DNA of 61,832 nucleotides from Desulfomicrobium sp. (GTDB lineage Bacteria; Desulfobacterota; Desulfovibrionia; Desulfovibrionales; Desulfomicrobiaceae), in assembly GCA_024709365.1 (NCBI GenBank), contig JANJWV010000239.1:1-61832 (forward strand). The letters are read 5' to 3'. Position 1 is the stretch's first letter, and every line of letters starts with the position of its first letter. Below the pieces are notes generated by a model that worked only from the letters and a program-made list of their open reading frames with translations, searched no databases and was not told the DNA's origin. Made by a program: the position numbers and the translations under genes. Below, one piece after another: positions 1 through 9,093 of the stretch.

Positions 1-112
1 ACACGCCCAACGCACCGTACCCTGCCCAAGACTCAAGGCCGGGAAGCATTACGAGGCCCGCGAGGAAGTTCCGACAGGCCTTGCCCGGTCCGCGACGGAA
101 CGCGCTCCCCGC

Positions 113-153
113 AAAAAACGCAGCCCCCTCGGATATCATTATCCTTGGGGGCT
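113..153 (-). terminator. Intrinsic terminator after the flgN-like gene
   Basis: Stem AGCCCCC..GGATA/TATCC..GGGGGCT (122-153); A-run at 113-118 gives a U-tract on the minus strand. Confidence 0.55.
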
Positions 154-195
154 TCGAATTGAGCACCGCCGATCTCATTGTCCCACGGCGATCGC

Positions 196-546
196 CTAGC
201 CTTTGCGGCTGACCACGCTGCGGCCCAGGGGGGTGACCATGGCGCCGTTGCGGTAGCCCGTGATGCGCTTGTTTTCCCGGCGCAGCTTCAGAAGCTCGTC
301 CTTGAGGGACTGATGCAGCTTGCGCGCCTCGTGGCGCAACATGGCGTTCATGTCCCGGATCTGCTCCAGCTTGTCGAGAAACGCCTCGTCCTGCCTGGCC
401 GACTCGTCGTTCACGTACATGCCGATGGCCTGCTCGCGTTCAAGGAGCACGGAACACAGACGCTCCGTGTCCCGCTCCCCGATGCTGGCCAGCTCTTCCC
501 GGCACAGCCCCATGATGCGCTCGTAGCCGTCGCCTGCCTCAGCCAT
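196..546 (-). CDS. FlgN-like flagellar export chaperone (small helical protein)
   Basis: 116 aa helical ORF ending ..ITGYRNG..VVSRKG, FlgN-like pattern; overlaps upstream gene by 8 nt. Confidence 0.5.
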   Translation of the reverse strand: MAEAGDGYERIMGLCREELASIGERDTERLCSVLLEREQAIGMYVNDESARQDEAFLDKLEQIRDMNAMLRHEARKLHQSLKDELLKLRRENKRITGYRNGAMVTPLGRSVVSRKG

Positions 547-1156
547 GGCTGTTCTTCTTGGCCGAGGCCTTCACGGACTCGCGCAGCTGGGCCACGATGG
601 CCTTGGTCTTTTCCACAAGGGGCAGGTACTCGTATTCCAGCAGGTCCGCCAGCAGGATCCAGTCCTCGTTCTCCTGGATCTCGATCATCTCCGAGAAAAG
701 CGAGGAAAGATCGCCCAGGGATACGTCGAAATCCATCGCCGAATTGGCCACGAATTCATTCCTGAGCACGCCGACCATGTTCATGAAGTCGCGGTTGACC
801 TCCAGCAGGTCCGAGTACAGTTCCAGGGCCTGGGCGTCGTCGGCCTGCCGGAACAGGTCGGCGACCTGCCGTCCGGCCGTGGCCATGAGGGACACGACCT
901 TGTAGAGTTCGCGGGTGATGCTCTGGGCCATCTCCGACGTGTGCACGGAGATGATCTCGACCCGGTCGATGTACGAGGCTTCCATGTCCTCGGCCTGATG
1001 GGGATATATCTCCGAAAATGCCTCGTTGTTGATCAGGACGTCCGTCACGATGCGGCTTTGCATCGACGTGTCCGCCATGACTTTTTCGATGATCTGTTCG
1101 AGGTTCTCGAAATTGTGGACCTCGAGGGGGGTGCGCTGGCCGTCTACGATGATCAT
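539..1156 (-). CDS. Conserved hypothetical protein, probably flagellum-associated
   Basis: 205 aa acidic ORF with natural composition; C-terminal ENEDWILLADLLEYEYLP motif; GGAGG RBS. Confidence 0.75.
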   Translation of the reverse strand: MIIVDGQRTPLEVHNFENLEQIIEKVMADTSMQSRIVTDVLINNEAFSEIYPHQAEDMEASYIDRVEIISVHTSEMAQSITRELYKVVSLMATAGRQVADLFRQADDAQALELYSDLLEVNRDFMNMVGVLRNEFVANSAMDFDVSLGDLSSLFSEMIEIQENEDWILLADLLEYEYLPLVEKTKAIVAQLRESVKASAKKNSHG

Positions 1157-1209
1157 TGTTCTGTCCTCCGCAGTGACAGGGGATAATTTTTCCGGATGCC
1201 TAGGGGCTA

Positions 1210-1225
1210 ATCAACATTCATGCCA
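1210..1225 (-). promoter_or_regulatory. Putative sigma54 (-24/-12) promoter
   Basis: Minus strand TGGCAT-GAATG-TTGAT, correct spacing, GA instead of GC at -12; about 55 nt upstream of the ATG at 1156. Confidence 0.5.
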
Positions 1226-2750
1226 GCGTGAGCCGGCGACCGAAGACGGCCAGAAGTTCGCGGTAGGCCGCGCACTGGGCCAGGAAGGCCGGCATGTCCG
1301 CGGCCTGGTCCCGCGACTGGTAGCGCCACATGGGATTGAGCACCCCCAGAGAAGGGCTCCCGGCAAAAACATCCTCGAGATTGCGGCAGTTGGCCAGAAA
1401 CCTGGCCTTCACGGGCGAATCCGGCCGCAGGGCCAAGAGCCGCCCCTGCTCCTCCAGGAGGGTCAGCATGAGGACGCAGCGCTCCAGCTCCGCGGCGAGG
1501 TCGCGACGGAAATCCGAGTCACGGCCGGGCCAGGTCGGACAGATTTCATCCTGGTTCCGGTCAAGAAATTGACGATAGACGTCGCGCTGAATCGCGATCC
1601 AGAGGCTGCGGTCTTCATGCCCATGTCCGGACAGGGAGACGAGATCCATGTAGCCCCGTTCGTCGCGGCGGGCCGTCCAGACCCTGGCGGGAAAACCGGC
1701 CGGAACCGTCCTCTCGCCGGACATGGCCGACGCCAGCAGTTCTCCGACGGCCCCGCCGTCCACGGCCTCCTGACAGGCCAGCCCGCGGGGGCAGCGCTCG
1801 CCGAAGGAGCACGGGTGGCACGGCAGGTCCGGTTCCAGGCTGATGGAGCCTTCCAGATAGGGGCCCGTGTCGAAGGGCTGGGCCGTGGCCAGGAAGACGG
1901 CGCAGACGGGCACGCCGAGGCCTGCGGCCAGATGCATGGTGCCCGTGTCGTTGGTCAGCAGGAAGTCCATGCGCGAGAGGACCGCGGCCAGGGTCGGCAG
2001 GTCCGTGCGTCCCGTCAGGTCCGTGCAGGGGTAGTCGGCCAGTTCCGCGAACCGTCGGGCCAGGTGCCCTTCCGCCGCCGTGCCCAGGAGCACCGGCGTG
2101 CGGCCCGTGCGGGACCGGATCACGCGTCCCGCCCGGACGAAAGCCTCCACGGGCCAGCGCCGGTAGTCCTGGCTGGCGCCGAGCTGGAAGGCCACTTGGC
2201 CGTCCGGGGCGTCCGCCAGCAGGTCGGCGGCACGGGCCATGGCGTCCTCGTCCGGAGCCCGAAGCCGGTATTCGCCGGGCTCGAGGCCGGCCACGCGCTG
2301 GAAAAGATCCACCAGGTTGAAGGGGCTGCAGCCGCGATAGGCCGAGGCCGCCTGCAGGAAAACGGCCCACGGCGAGGAGTACTGCCCGAAGCCGTCGCGG
2401 TCCAGGCCGAAGCCCTGGACGTCGCCGCCGTGGCAGGACCGCCCGAGGAGGCGGCCGGCCAGGGTCGGCGTGAGGTTCAGGACGCTGTCCGGCGCGTCGG
2501 CCCCGGCCGAGTCCAGCCAGGCGAACAGCTCGGCCGCGGCCAGGGTCCAGTCCTGGCCCAGGCGCGCCAGAAGCCTGGCGCCGGGCAACGGGTGGACGCC
2601 ATCGACGTCGCGCAGCAATGCGGCCGCTCCCTTGAAAGCGTCGAGGCAGACCAGGCTCGTTCTGGACCCGCGGCCCTTGAGCCCGCTGAAAACGGGCTGG
2701 GTCTGCAGGAGATCGCCGAACCGGGTCAGATTGATGACCTGGGTGTGCAT
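1218..2750 (-). CDS. Glycosyltransferase family 9 (heptosyltransferase-like) protein
   Basis: N-terminal TRFGDLLQ; QLGAS..RRWP; DLTGRTDL; NDTGTMHLAA; C-terminal extension. Confidence 0.85.
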   Translation of the reverse strand: MHTQVINLTRFGDLLQTQPVFSGLKGRGSRTSLVCLDAFKGAAALLRDVDGVHPLPGARLLARLGQDWTLAAAELFAWLDSAGADAPDSVLNLTPTLAGRLLGRSCHGGDVQGFGLDRDGFGQYSSPWAVFLQAASAYRGCSPFNLVDLFQRVAGLEPGEYRLRAPDEDAMARAADLLADAPDGQVAFQLGASQDYRRWPVEAFVRAGRVIRSRTGRTPVLLGTAAEGHLARRFAELADYPCTDLTGRTDLPTLAAVLSRMDFLLTNDTGTMHLAAGLGVPVCAVFLATAQPFDTGPYLEGSISLEPDLPCHPCSFGERCPRGLACQEAVDGGAVGELLASAMSGERTVPAGFPARVWTARRDERGYMDLVSLSGHGHEDRSLWIAIQRDVYRQFLDRNQDEICPTWPGRDSDFRRDLAAELERCVLMLTLLEEQGRLLALRPDSPVKARFLANCRNLEDVFAGSPSLGVLNPMWRYQSRDQAADMPAFLAQCAAYRELLAVFGRRLTLA

Positions 2751-2814
2751 GCGGGAGGATCAAACAAAAGGCGTGCCAAGACGTCCAGGACCCTGCCAAA
2801 AGGCAGGGACGGCC

Positions 2815-5418
2815 CTACCCGTCCTCGTCCTTGTCCAGGACCTCGTTCTTGTAGGCCTCGAACCGGGACGCGGCTCGGACGGCCGTGCCGACGAAGGCCA
2901 GAAACGAGAAGAAGATGAGGGAGATGTTCAGGATCAGCCACCTGTCCTGGCGCAGGTCGCGGCCCATGAAGTTCTGGTCGGGCACCAGGTAGTAGAATGC
3001 GGCGGACAGGGCGCCGGCCAGCACCAGGGCCGCTATTTCGAAGATGAGTAGGTACTTGCCCGAGAGAAGCATGAAGAGGATGCCGTTGCGCACGCCCTGC
3101 AGGAAGAGGAGCTTCTTCTCGAGGGCGGCGAGCCCCTGCTCGGCCTCGCGCATGGCCTCGTGCCCCTGCCGGAACTTCTCGGGCACGTACAGGTCCAGGT
3201 GGCTGATGAGACTGAGCTTCTCCCCGCAGGCATTGAACAGCTTGCTGAAGGACCCGAGCATCGACGGGAACGGGAACCAGGACGCCTCGCGCTGGATGGA
3301 CTTGAGCCGCTCCAGGATGGTCTTGCGCCTCGCCGACAGTTCCTGGATGTCCTTCTTGACCCTGGCCTGGATGTCGGCGCGGATGACGATGGTGCCGCGC
3401 AGGAGCCTGGCCATGGAGGCGTAGTTGTTGACCCCGGCGTAGCTGTTCAGCTCCTCGATGCGCTCGTGGAAGGACTGGTAGGCGTCGTGGTCCACGGGCA
3501 GCCACTTGGCCAGGAGGTCCGGCAGATGCTCGACGGAACCGATGACTTCGGCCGCCTTGGTCCGCGCCTCGTCCCACACCTCCCACAGGTCGCCCAGCAG
3601 GTGGGATCGGCCCGACTCCAGCTCCGGGTCCAGCAGGACGGCGCTGAAATAGTCCGGGTCGTCCCTGATCAGGTCGCGGATCACGGCCTGGGCCTCGTTC
3701 AGATAGCCGGACTTGATGAGGCAGACGGCCTGCCGGTACCTGGCCCTGGTCAGGCCGGGGGACTCGTTGCAGGCCCGGCTGTAGAGCCTGATGGCCTCCC
3801 GGAAGTCCCCCGAAACCTCCCGCAGGCGCCCCTGCAGCACCTGGATGTAGGACCGCTGCAGCCCCGTGTAGGCCAGACTCTCGGCCTCCTCCCAGAACCC
3901 CGCGGCGCGCTTGAACTCGTCGCGCTCCATGGCCATGAAGCCCAGCAGGATTCGGGGCTGATAATTCTTGGCGGACTTGAGCACGAAGCGGTCGAGCTTC
4001 TCCATGGCGCGTTCCTGGTTCCCGGCCCGCATGCCGTCCAGGGCGTCGCGGAGGTCCTCGTCGACCTGGGGGCGCTGGTCCTCGATGCCGCGCGGCCACT
4101 CCTTGCCCCTGGCCTTCCAGACCATGGCCATCATGCGCAGCTGGCAGACCAGATTGACCTCGAACAGTGCCTGCACCGTCAGGGCATGATCGCCCTTTTC
4201 AGCCAAGAGGGACGTGAGCCCGCGCAGGACGTCGGGCGCAAGCTGCTGTTCCAGGGCCGACATGATGCCCGGCAGGGCGTTGAGGTCGATGCGCGCGAAG
4301 CGGGACATTTCGGACACGTGGATATTGCCGGGCTGCAGTGTCCTGGTCGGGCACTTGCGGGGCATGTGCGAACGCAGTCCGCAGTAGAAACACGGGCTCT
4401 CGGAACCCGACACGATGCTGGTCGGCAGGAAGATGTTCAGGCGTCCGTACCTGCGCCCGCCCTTGCCCGACTGGAAGCGAACCTGGAAGAGATCCGAGAT
4501 CTTCGAGCTGTCCATGGACTGCCGCGAGTCCCCGGGGGTGATCCGCTGGTCCGCGATCTGGTAGATCGTGGACAGGGGCAGGTGCAGCGTGTTGGATTCC
4601 AGGGGCTCAAGCATATAGCGGACCTTGGACGCGAAATCCGGCGAAAAGGCCTGGTCCCCCGCCTCGACGGCCATGTACTGGCACGGCCACGGAGGGTTCT
4701 CCCTGTCCTCGAGCAGGGTCAGGAGTTCCTGCGTCAGGCGGGCCATGGCCCGGGGGGACTGGACGCGCAGAACGACGTTCTGGTCCTCGGCGTGCAGGTA
4801 GGAGATCTTGAGCTGCGACAGGACGGTCTCCAGCCGTTCGAAATACCCGCGCCAGCCCTTGGAGAAGAGCTTGTCCTGCCGCACGCCCTGGGGGCGGATG
4901 ACCCACAGCCAGCTCATGCTGAAGGACACGCTGACCTGGTCGTTGGCGTCCAGTTCGAACCAGTCCCCGGCCAGGCCGTCGGGGTTCTGGACATGCTTGA
5001 AGGACAGGCCGGCCAGACTGCGCCCCACCTCCCGCAGCCGGGCGCTGACGCGGACCGTGAGGCGCTTGGGGAACTCCGCGCAGAGGCGCTGCATCTCGGA
5101 CTTGACCTTGAGGGACTGCTCCAGATGCTCGTCCACGACCAGGCTGGCCTCGAAGACCGTGATGGCCGTGGCCATGGGGTGCAGCCGTGCCCAGTTGTGC
5201 AGCCGGGCCAGTCCCAGCATGACCTCCGGGGCCGGGAAGAACCACAGGGACTGCGTGCTCTCCGCCGCCAGGGACCAGCCCCCGATGTCCGTCAGGGACT
5301 GGAAGAAGCTCGCGGGCACGGCCTGGGCGTGCACGAGCCAGCAGGCATAGCCGTTGCAGAGAAGCCTTGGCTTCACGCTCTTCGTGACCCTGGTCAGAAG
5401 GGATTCGATGCAGGTCAT
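2815..5418 (-). CDS. Membrane-anchored TPR protein with CCHC zinc knuckle
   Basis: ATG 5418 after GGAGGAG; CFYCGLRSHMPRKC; TPR-like helices; coiled-coil region; two C-terminal hydrophobic segments. Confidence 0.75.
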   Translation of the reverse strand: MTCIESLLTRVTKSVKPRLLCNGYACWLVHAQAVPASFFQSLTDIGGWSLAAESTQSLWFFPAPEVMLGLARLHNWARLHPMATAITVFEASLVVDEHLEQSLKVKSEMQRLCAEFPKRLTVRVSARLREVGRSLAGLSFKHVQNPDGLAGDWFELDANDQVSVSFSMSWLWVIRPQGVRQDKLFSKGWRGYFERLETVLSQLKISYLHAEDQNVVLRVQSPRAMARLTQELLTLLEDRENPPWPCQYMAVEAGDQAFSPDFASKVRYMLEPLESNTLHLPLSTIYQIADQRITPGDSRQSMDSSKISDLFQVRFQSGKGGRRYGRLNIFLPTSIVSGSESPCFYCGLRSHMPRKCPTRTLQPGNIHVSEMSRFARIDLNALPGIMSALEQQLAPDVLRGLTSLLAEKGDHALTVQALFEVNLVCQLRMMAMVWKARGKEWPRGIEDQRPQVDEDLRDALDGMRAGNQERAMEKLDRFVLKSAKNYQPRILLGFMAMERDEFKRAAGFWEEAESLAYTGLQRSYIQVLQGRLREVSGDFREAIRLYSRACNESPGLTRARYRQAVCLIKSGYLNEAQAVIRDLIRDDPDYFSAVLLDPELESGRSHLLGDLWEVWDEARTKAAEVIGSVEHLPDLLAKWLPVDHDAYQSFHERIEELNSYAGVNNYASMARLLRGTIVIRADIQARVKKDIQELSARRKTILERLKSIQREASWFPFPSMLGSFSKLFNACGEKLSLISHLDLYVPEKFRQGHEAMREAEQGLAALEKKLLFLQGVRNGILFMLLSGKYLLIFEIAALVLAGALSAAFYYLVPDQNFMGRDLRQDRWLILNISLIFFSFLAFVGTAVRAASRFEAYKNEVLDKDEDG

Positions 5419-5524
5419 GCGCTCCTCCAGCTGCGTGGACCGCGGGGCCGGTTCATTCGGATACAACCCATGGGCCAACATGACACGCGGTCACGCCGAG
5501 CGCAACCCGCAGACCCATTGCGGC

Positions 5525-5553
5525 TTGACGGCGGGGGGCGCTTTTCCTAGTCA
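5525..5553 (+). promoter_or_regulatory. Putative sigma70 promoter of nadCAB
   Basis: TTGACG-17 nt-TAGTCA, 40 nt upstream of the nadC ATG. Confidence 0.45.
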
Positions 5554-5592
5554 AAAACCCTGACCGCAACACCCTCCATGCAAGGAACGCGC

Positions 5593-6465
5593 ATGTTTTC
5601 TCGATTCTTCCGCGACGAACGCCTGGCCATGCTGCACCGCCTGGTGGACCTGGCCCTGGAGGAGGACGGGCGGGACCTGACCTCCGAAGCCCTTTTCCCG
5701 CCGGCGTCCATGCTCCAGGCATCCATCGTGGCCAAGGAGGACGCCGTGATGGCGGGCCTGCCCCTCATCTCCGTGGTGCTGGGGCGCATGGGCTGCGCCG
5801 ATTCCGTCGTGACACTGCTGGCGTCCGACGGCGAAACCGTGGAGAGCGGCCGGGAAGTGGCCCGCATCCTGGCCCCGGCACCGGTCTTGCTCAAGGCGGA
5901 GCGGGTCATCATGAACTTCGTCTGCCATCTCTCGGGCGTGGCCACGGCGACGCAGCGCTTCGTGCAGGCCGTCGAGGGCACGGGCGTGCGGGTTCTGGAC
6001 ACGCGCAAGACCACGCCCGGTCAGCGCTACCTGGAAAAGTACGCGGTGCGCATGGGCGGAGGCCACAATCACAGGGCCAACCTCGAAGAAATGCTCATGC
6101 TCAAGGACAACCACATCGACCAGGCCGGCTCCATCACCGAGGCAGTGCGCCGGGTCAGGGAGGCCTACGCCCTCTGCCCGCCCCTTGAGATCGAGTGCCG
6201 GACCATCGAGGACGTGCGCGAAGCCGTGGCCCTGGCCCCGGAGCGCATCATGCTCGACAACATGCCGCCCGACACGGCCGCACGGGCCCTGGCCCTCATC
6301 CCGGCACACATCGAATCCGAGATCAGCGGCAACGTGACGCTCAAGACCATCCGGGCCCTGGCCGAGCTGCGGCCGACCTTCATTTCCACCGGCGCCATCA
6401 CCCACTCCGCCCCCGTGGCGGACTTTTCCATGCGCCTGACATCAACCCACAGGGGGCACGCATGA
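5593..6465 (+). CDS. nadC: Nicotinate-nucleotide pyrophosphorylase (quinolinate PRTase)
   Basis: LDTRKTTPG, GGGHNHR, LKDNHI, IMLDNM, ISTGAITHS motifs; AAGGA RBS before 5593. Confidence 0.95.
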   Translation: MFSRFFRDERLAMLHRLVDLALEEDGRDLTSEALFPPASMLQASIVAKEDAVMAGLPLISVVLGRMGCADSVVTLLASDGETVESGREVARILAPAPVLLKAERVIMNFVCHLSGVATATQRFVQAVEGTGVRVLDTRKTTPGQRYLEKYAVRMGGGHNHRANLEEMLMLKDNHIDQAGSITEAVRRVREAYALCPPLEIECRTIEDVREAVALAPERIMLDNMPPDTAARALALIPAHIESEISGNVTLKTIRALAELRPTFISTGAITHSAPVADFSMRLTSTHRGHA

Positions 6466-7481
6466 CGCCGACCCGAATCATCACCGAACGCAAGGAAGCA
6501 CTGGGCGCGAAGCTCTGCATCCTGGCCCACCACTACCAGGCCGACGACGTGGTCCGCCACGCCGACATCCTCGGCGACTCCCTCGAACTGGCCCGGCGCA
6601 TCGACGGGCTGGGCGCCGAGCACATCGTCTTCTGCGGCGTGCACTTCATGGCCGAGACTGCGGCCATCCTGGCCAGGCCCGGACAGAAGGTGCACATCCC
6701 CGACGAGGACGCCAGCTGCGTCATGGCCGACATGGTGCCCGCGGCTCTGGCGGAGAAGGTGCTGGCGGCCCTCAACCGGGACGGGGCGCGCATCATCCCC
6801 CTGACCTACGTCAATTCCTCGGCCGCCGTGAAGGCGGTGTGCGGCCGGCACGGAGGCAGCGTCTGCACGTCGGCCAACGCCAAAACCATGATGAAGTGGG
6901 CCCTGGACCAGGGCGACGGCGTGCTGTTCATGCCCGACGCCAACCTGGGACGGAACACGGCCCGCGCCCTGGGCATCGACCCGGCCCGCACCCTGCGCCT
7001 CGACGTCCGCGGGCAGGGACGTCATGTTGCGGCCGCCGACCCGGCAACGAGCATCTATCTCTGGCCCGGCCTGTGCGCCGTCCACGCCCTGTTCCACACC
7101 GAGCATGTCGAGGCCATCCGCCGCGACGAGCCGGGAGCCCTGATCCTCGTCCACCCCGAATGCAGCCCCGAGGTCGTGGCCATGGCCGACGGCGCTGGCT
7201 CGACCTCGTACCTCATCAAGGCCGTGGCCGAGGCCCCGGCCGGCAGCACCATCTACGTCGGCACCGAGTGGAACCTGGTCAACCGGCTGGCCCTGCGCCA
7301 CACCGACAGAACCGTCCGCCCCCTGCGCACGGCCCTGTGCTCGAACATGGCCAAGATCACCGAAGAAAACCTGGCCCGCACCCTCACGGCCCTGGACACG
7401 GCCGAACCCGTGCGGGTCGACGACGACATCGCCCGGCCCGCGCGCATCGCCCTGCAGCGCATGCTCGACGCCTGCCGATAG
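6462..7481 (+). CDS. nadA: Quinolinate synthase
   Basis: ILAHHYQ, GDSLEL, FCGVHFMAE, YVNSSA, CTSANA, HPEC motifs; ATGA overlap with nadC. Confidence 0.95.
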   Translation: MTPTRIITERKEALGAKLCILAHHYQADDVVRHADILGDSLELARRIDGLGAEHIVFCGVHFMAETAAILARPGQKVHIPDEDASCVMADMVPAALAEKVLAALNRDGARIIPLTYVNSSAAVKAVCGRHGGSVCTSANAKTMMKWALDQGDGVLFMPDANLGRNTARALGIDPARTLRLDVRGQGRHVAAADPATSIYLWPGLCAVHALFHTEHVEAIRRDEPGALILVHPECSPEVVAMADGAGSTSYLIKAVAEAPAGSTIYVGTEWNLVNRLALRHTDRTVRPLRTALCSNMAKITEENLARTLTALDTAEPVRVDDDIARPARIALQRMLDACR

Positions 7482-7491
7482 GACACATGCC

Positions 7492-9078
7492 ATGACATCC
7501 TCACGCATGAAGACCGAGGTCCTGGTCATCGGATCGGGCATCGCCGGCTGCACCGCGGCCCTGTGCCTGGCCGACAAGGGGCGCGAAGTCACCCTGCTCT
7601 CCTCCGGAGCCTCCCTCGACAACGGCAACACCGCCCTGGCCCAGGGCGGCATCATCTACAAGAACCCCGAGGAAACCCCGGAACAGCTGGCGCGGGACAT
7701 CACCAAGGCCGGCTGGGAGTTCAACTACGCCGACGCCGTCAGCCATCTCTGCGAGGAAGGACCCAAGGCCGTGGAGCGCATTCTCCTGGACCGCGTGCAG
7801 GTGCCCTTCGACCGCACCGAGAGCGGCGACTTCTACCTGACCCGCGAAGGCGGCCACTCCGTGCACCGCATCCTGACCTGCGCCGACTACACGGGCCGGG
7901 CCATCCAGGACAGCCTGGCGGCGGCGGTGCTGGCCCATCCCAACATCCGGGTCCTGTGCTGCCGCACGGCCATCGACCTGCTGGCCACGCGCCACCACTC
8001 CACCAAGCTCGAATACCGCTACCAGCTGAACAACCAGTGCGTCGGAGCCTACGTCTTCAACGGCGAGACGGGCGAACCGAACACCATCCTGGCCGACTTC
8101 ACGGTCCTGTGCACCGGGGGCCTGGGGCAGATCTTCCTGCACACGACCAACACGTCCGCGTCCATCGGCTCGGGCATGGCCATGGCCCACCGCGCCGGGG
8201 CCACGGTCATGAACCTGGAGTACATCCAGTTCCACCCCACGGCCCTCTTCCACCGTTCGGACCGCAAGTTCCTCATCTCCGAGGCCGTGCGCGGCGAAGG
8301 CGCCAGGCTCTTCAACGTCAAGGGCGAGCGCTTCATGGCCCGCTACGACGAACGCATGGAACTGGCCCCGCGCGACATCGTGGCCCGGGCCATCGTCGAC
8401 GAGATGCTCAAAAGCGGCGAGGACTGCGTCTTCCTGGACGCGGCCAACTACGTGGACCAGAACCTACGCAAGCGATTCCCGACCATCTACGCAAAATGCA
8501 AGGAAATCGGCATCGACATGTCCAAGGACCCCATCCCGGTGGTCCCGGCGGCGCACTATTCCTGCGGCGGCGTGCTGGTGGACAGGCGGGGGCGCAGCAC
8601 CCTGGAGGCGCTGTACGCGGCGGGCGAGATCGCCTGCACGGGCGTGCACGGGGCCAACCGTCTGGCCTCGACCTCGCTTCTTGAAGGGGTGCTGTGGGGG
8701 ATGAGCGCGGCCGACGACATCAACCAGCGCTATGCGGAAAATTCGTGTTCCCTGTGCCAGCGCCTGCAGGACTCCATCGCGGACTGGATCACCTCCGGCA
8801 AGACCGAGATGGAGGACCCGGCCCTCATCAACCAGGACTGGGCCACCATCCGCAGCACCATGTGGAACTACATGGGCATCATGCGCACCACGCCGCGCCT
8901 GGAACGCGCCTTCGAGGACCTGCGCAACCTCAACAAGAGGCTGCACACCTTCTACCGCTCCATCCGCGTGTGCAAGGAATCCGTGGACCTCTTCCACGGC
9001 TGCCAGACGGCCTACATCGTGACCACGGCGGCGCTGCGCAACAAGACCACGCGCGGCTGCCACTACCGCAAGGATTAG
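7492..9078 (+). CDS. nadB: L-aspartate oxidase
   Basis: IGSGIAG FAD motif, AQGGI, REGGHS, QFHPT, SEAVRGEG, HGANRLASTSLLEG, RGCHYR. Confidence 0.95.
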   Translation: MTSSRMKTEVLVIGSGIAGCTAALCLADKGREVTLLSSGASLDNGNTALAQGGIIYKNPEETPEQLARDITKAGWEFNYADAVSHLCEEGPKAVERILLDRVQVPFDRTESGDFYLTREGGHSVHRILTCADYTGRAIQDSLAAAVLAHPNIRVLCCRTAIDLLATRHHSTKLEYRYQLNNQCVGAYVFNGETGEPNTILADFTVLCTGGLGQIFLHTTNTSASIGSGMAMAHRAGATVMNLEYIQFHPTALFHRSDRKFLISEAVRGEGARLFNVKGERFMARYDERMELAPRDIVARAIVDEMLKSGEDCVFLDAANYVDQNLRKRFPTIYAKCKEIGIDMSKDPIPVVPAAHYSCGGVLVDRRGRSTLEALYAAGEIACTGVHGANRLASTSLLEGVLWGMSAADDINQRYAENSCSLCQRLQDSIADWITSGKTEMEDPALINQDWATIRSTMWNYMGIMRTTPRLERAFEDLRNLNKRLHTFYRSIRVCKESVDLFHGCQTAYIVTTAALRNKTTRGCHYRKD

Positions 9079-9093
9079 ACGGGACCGGGCGAA

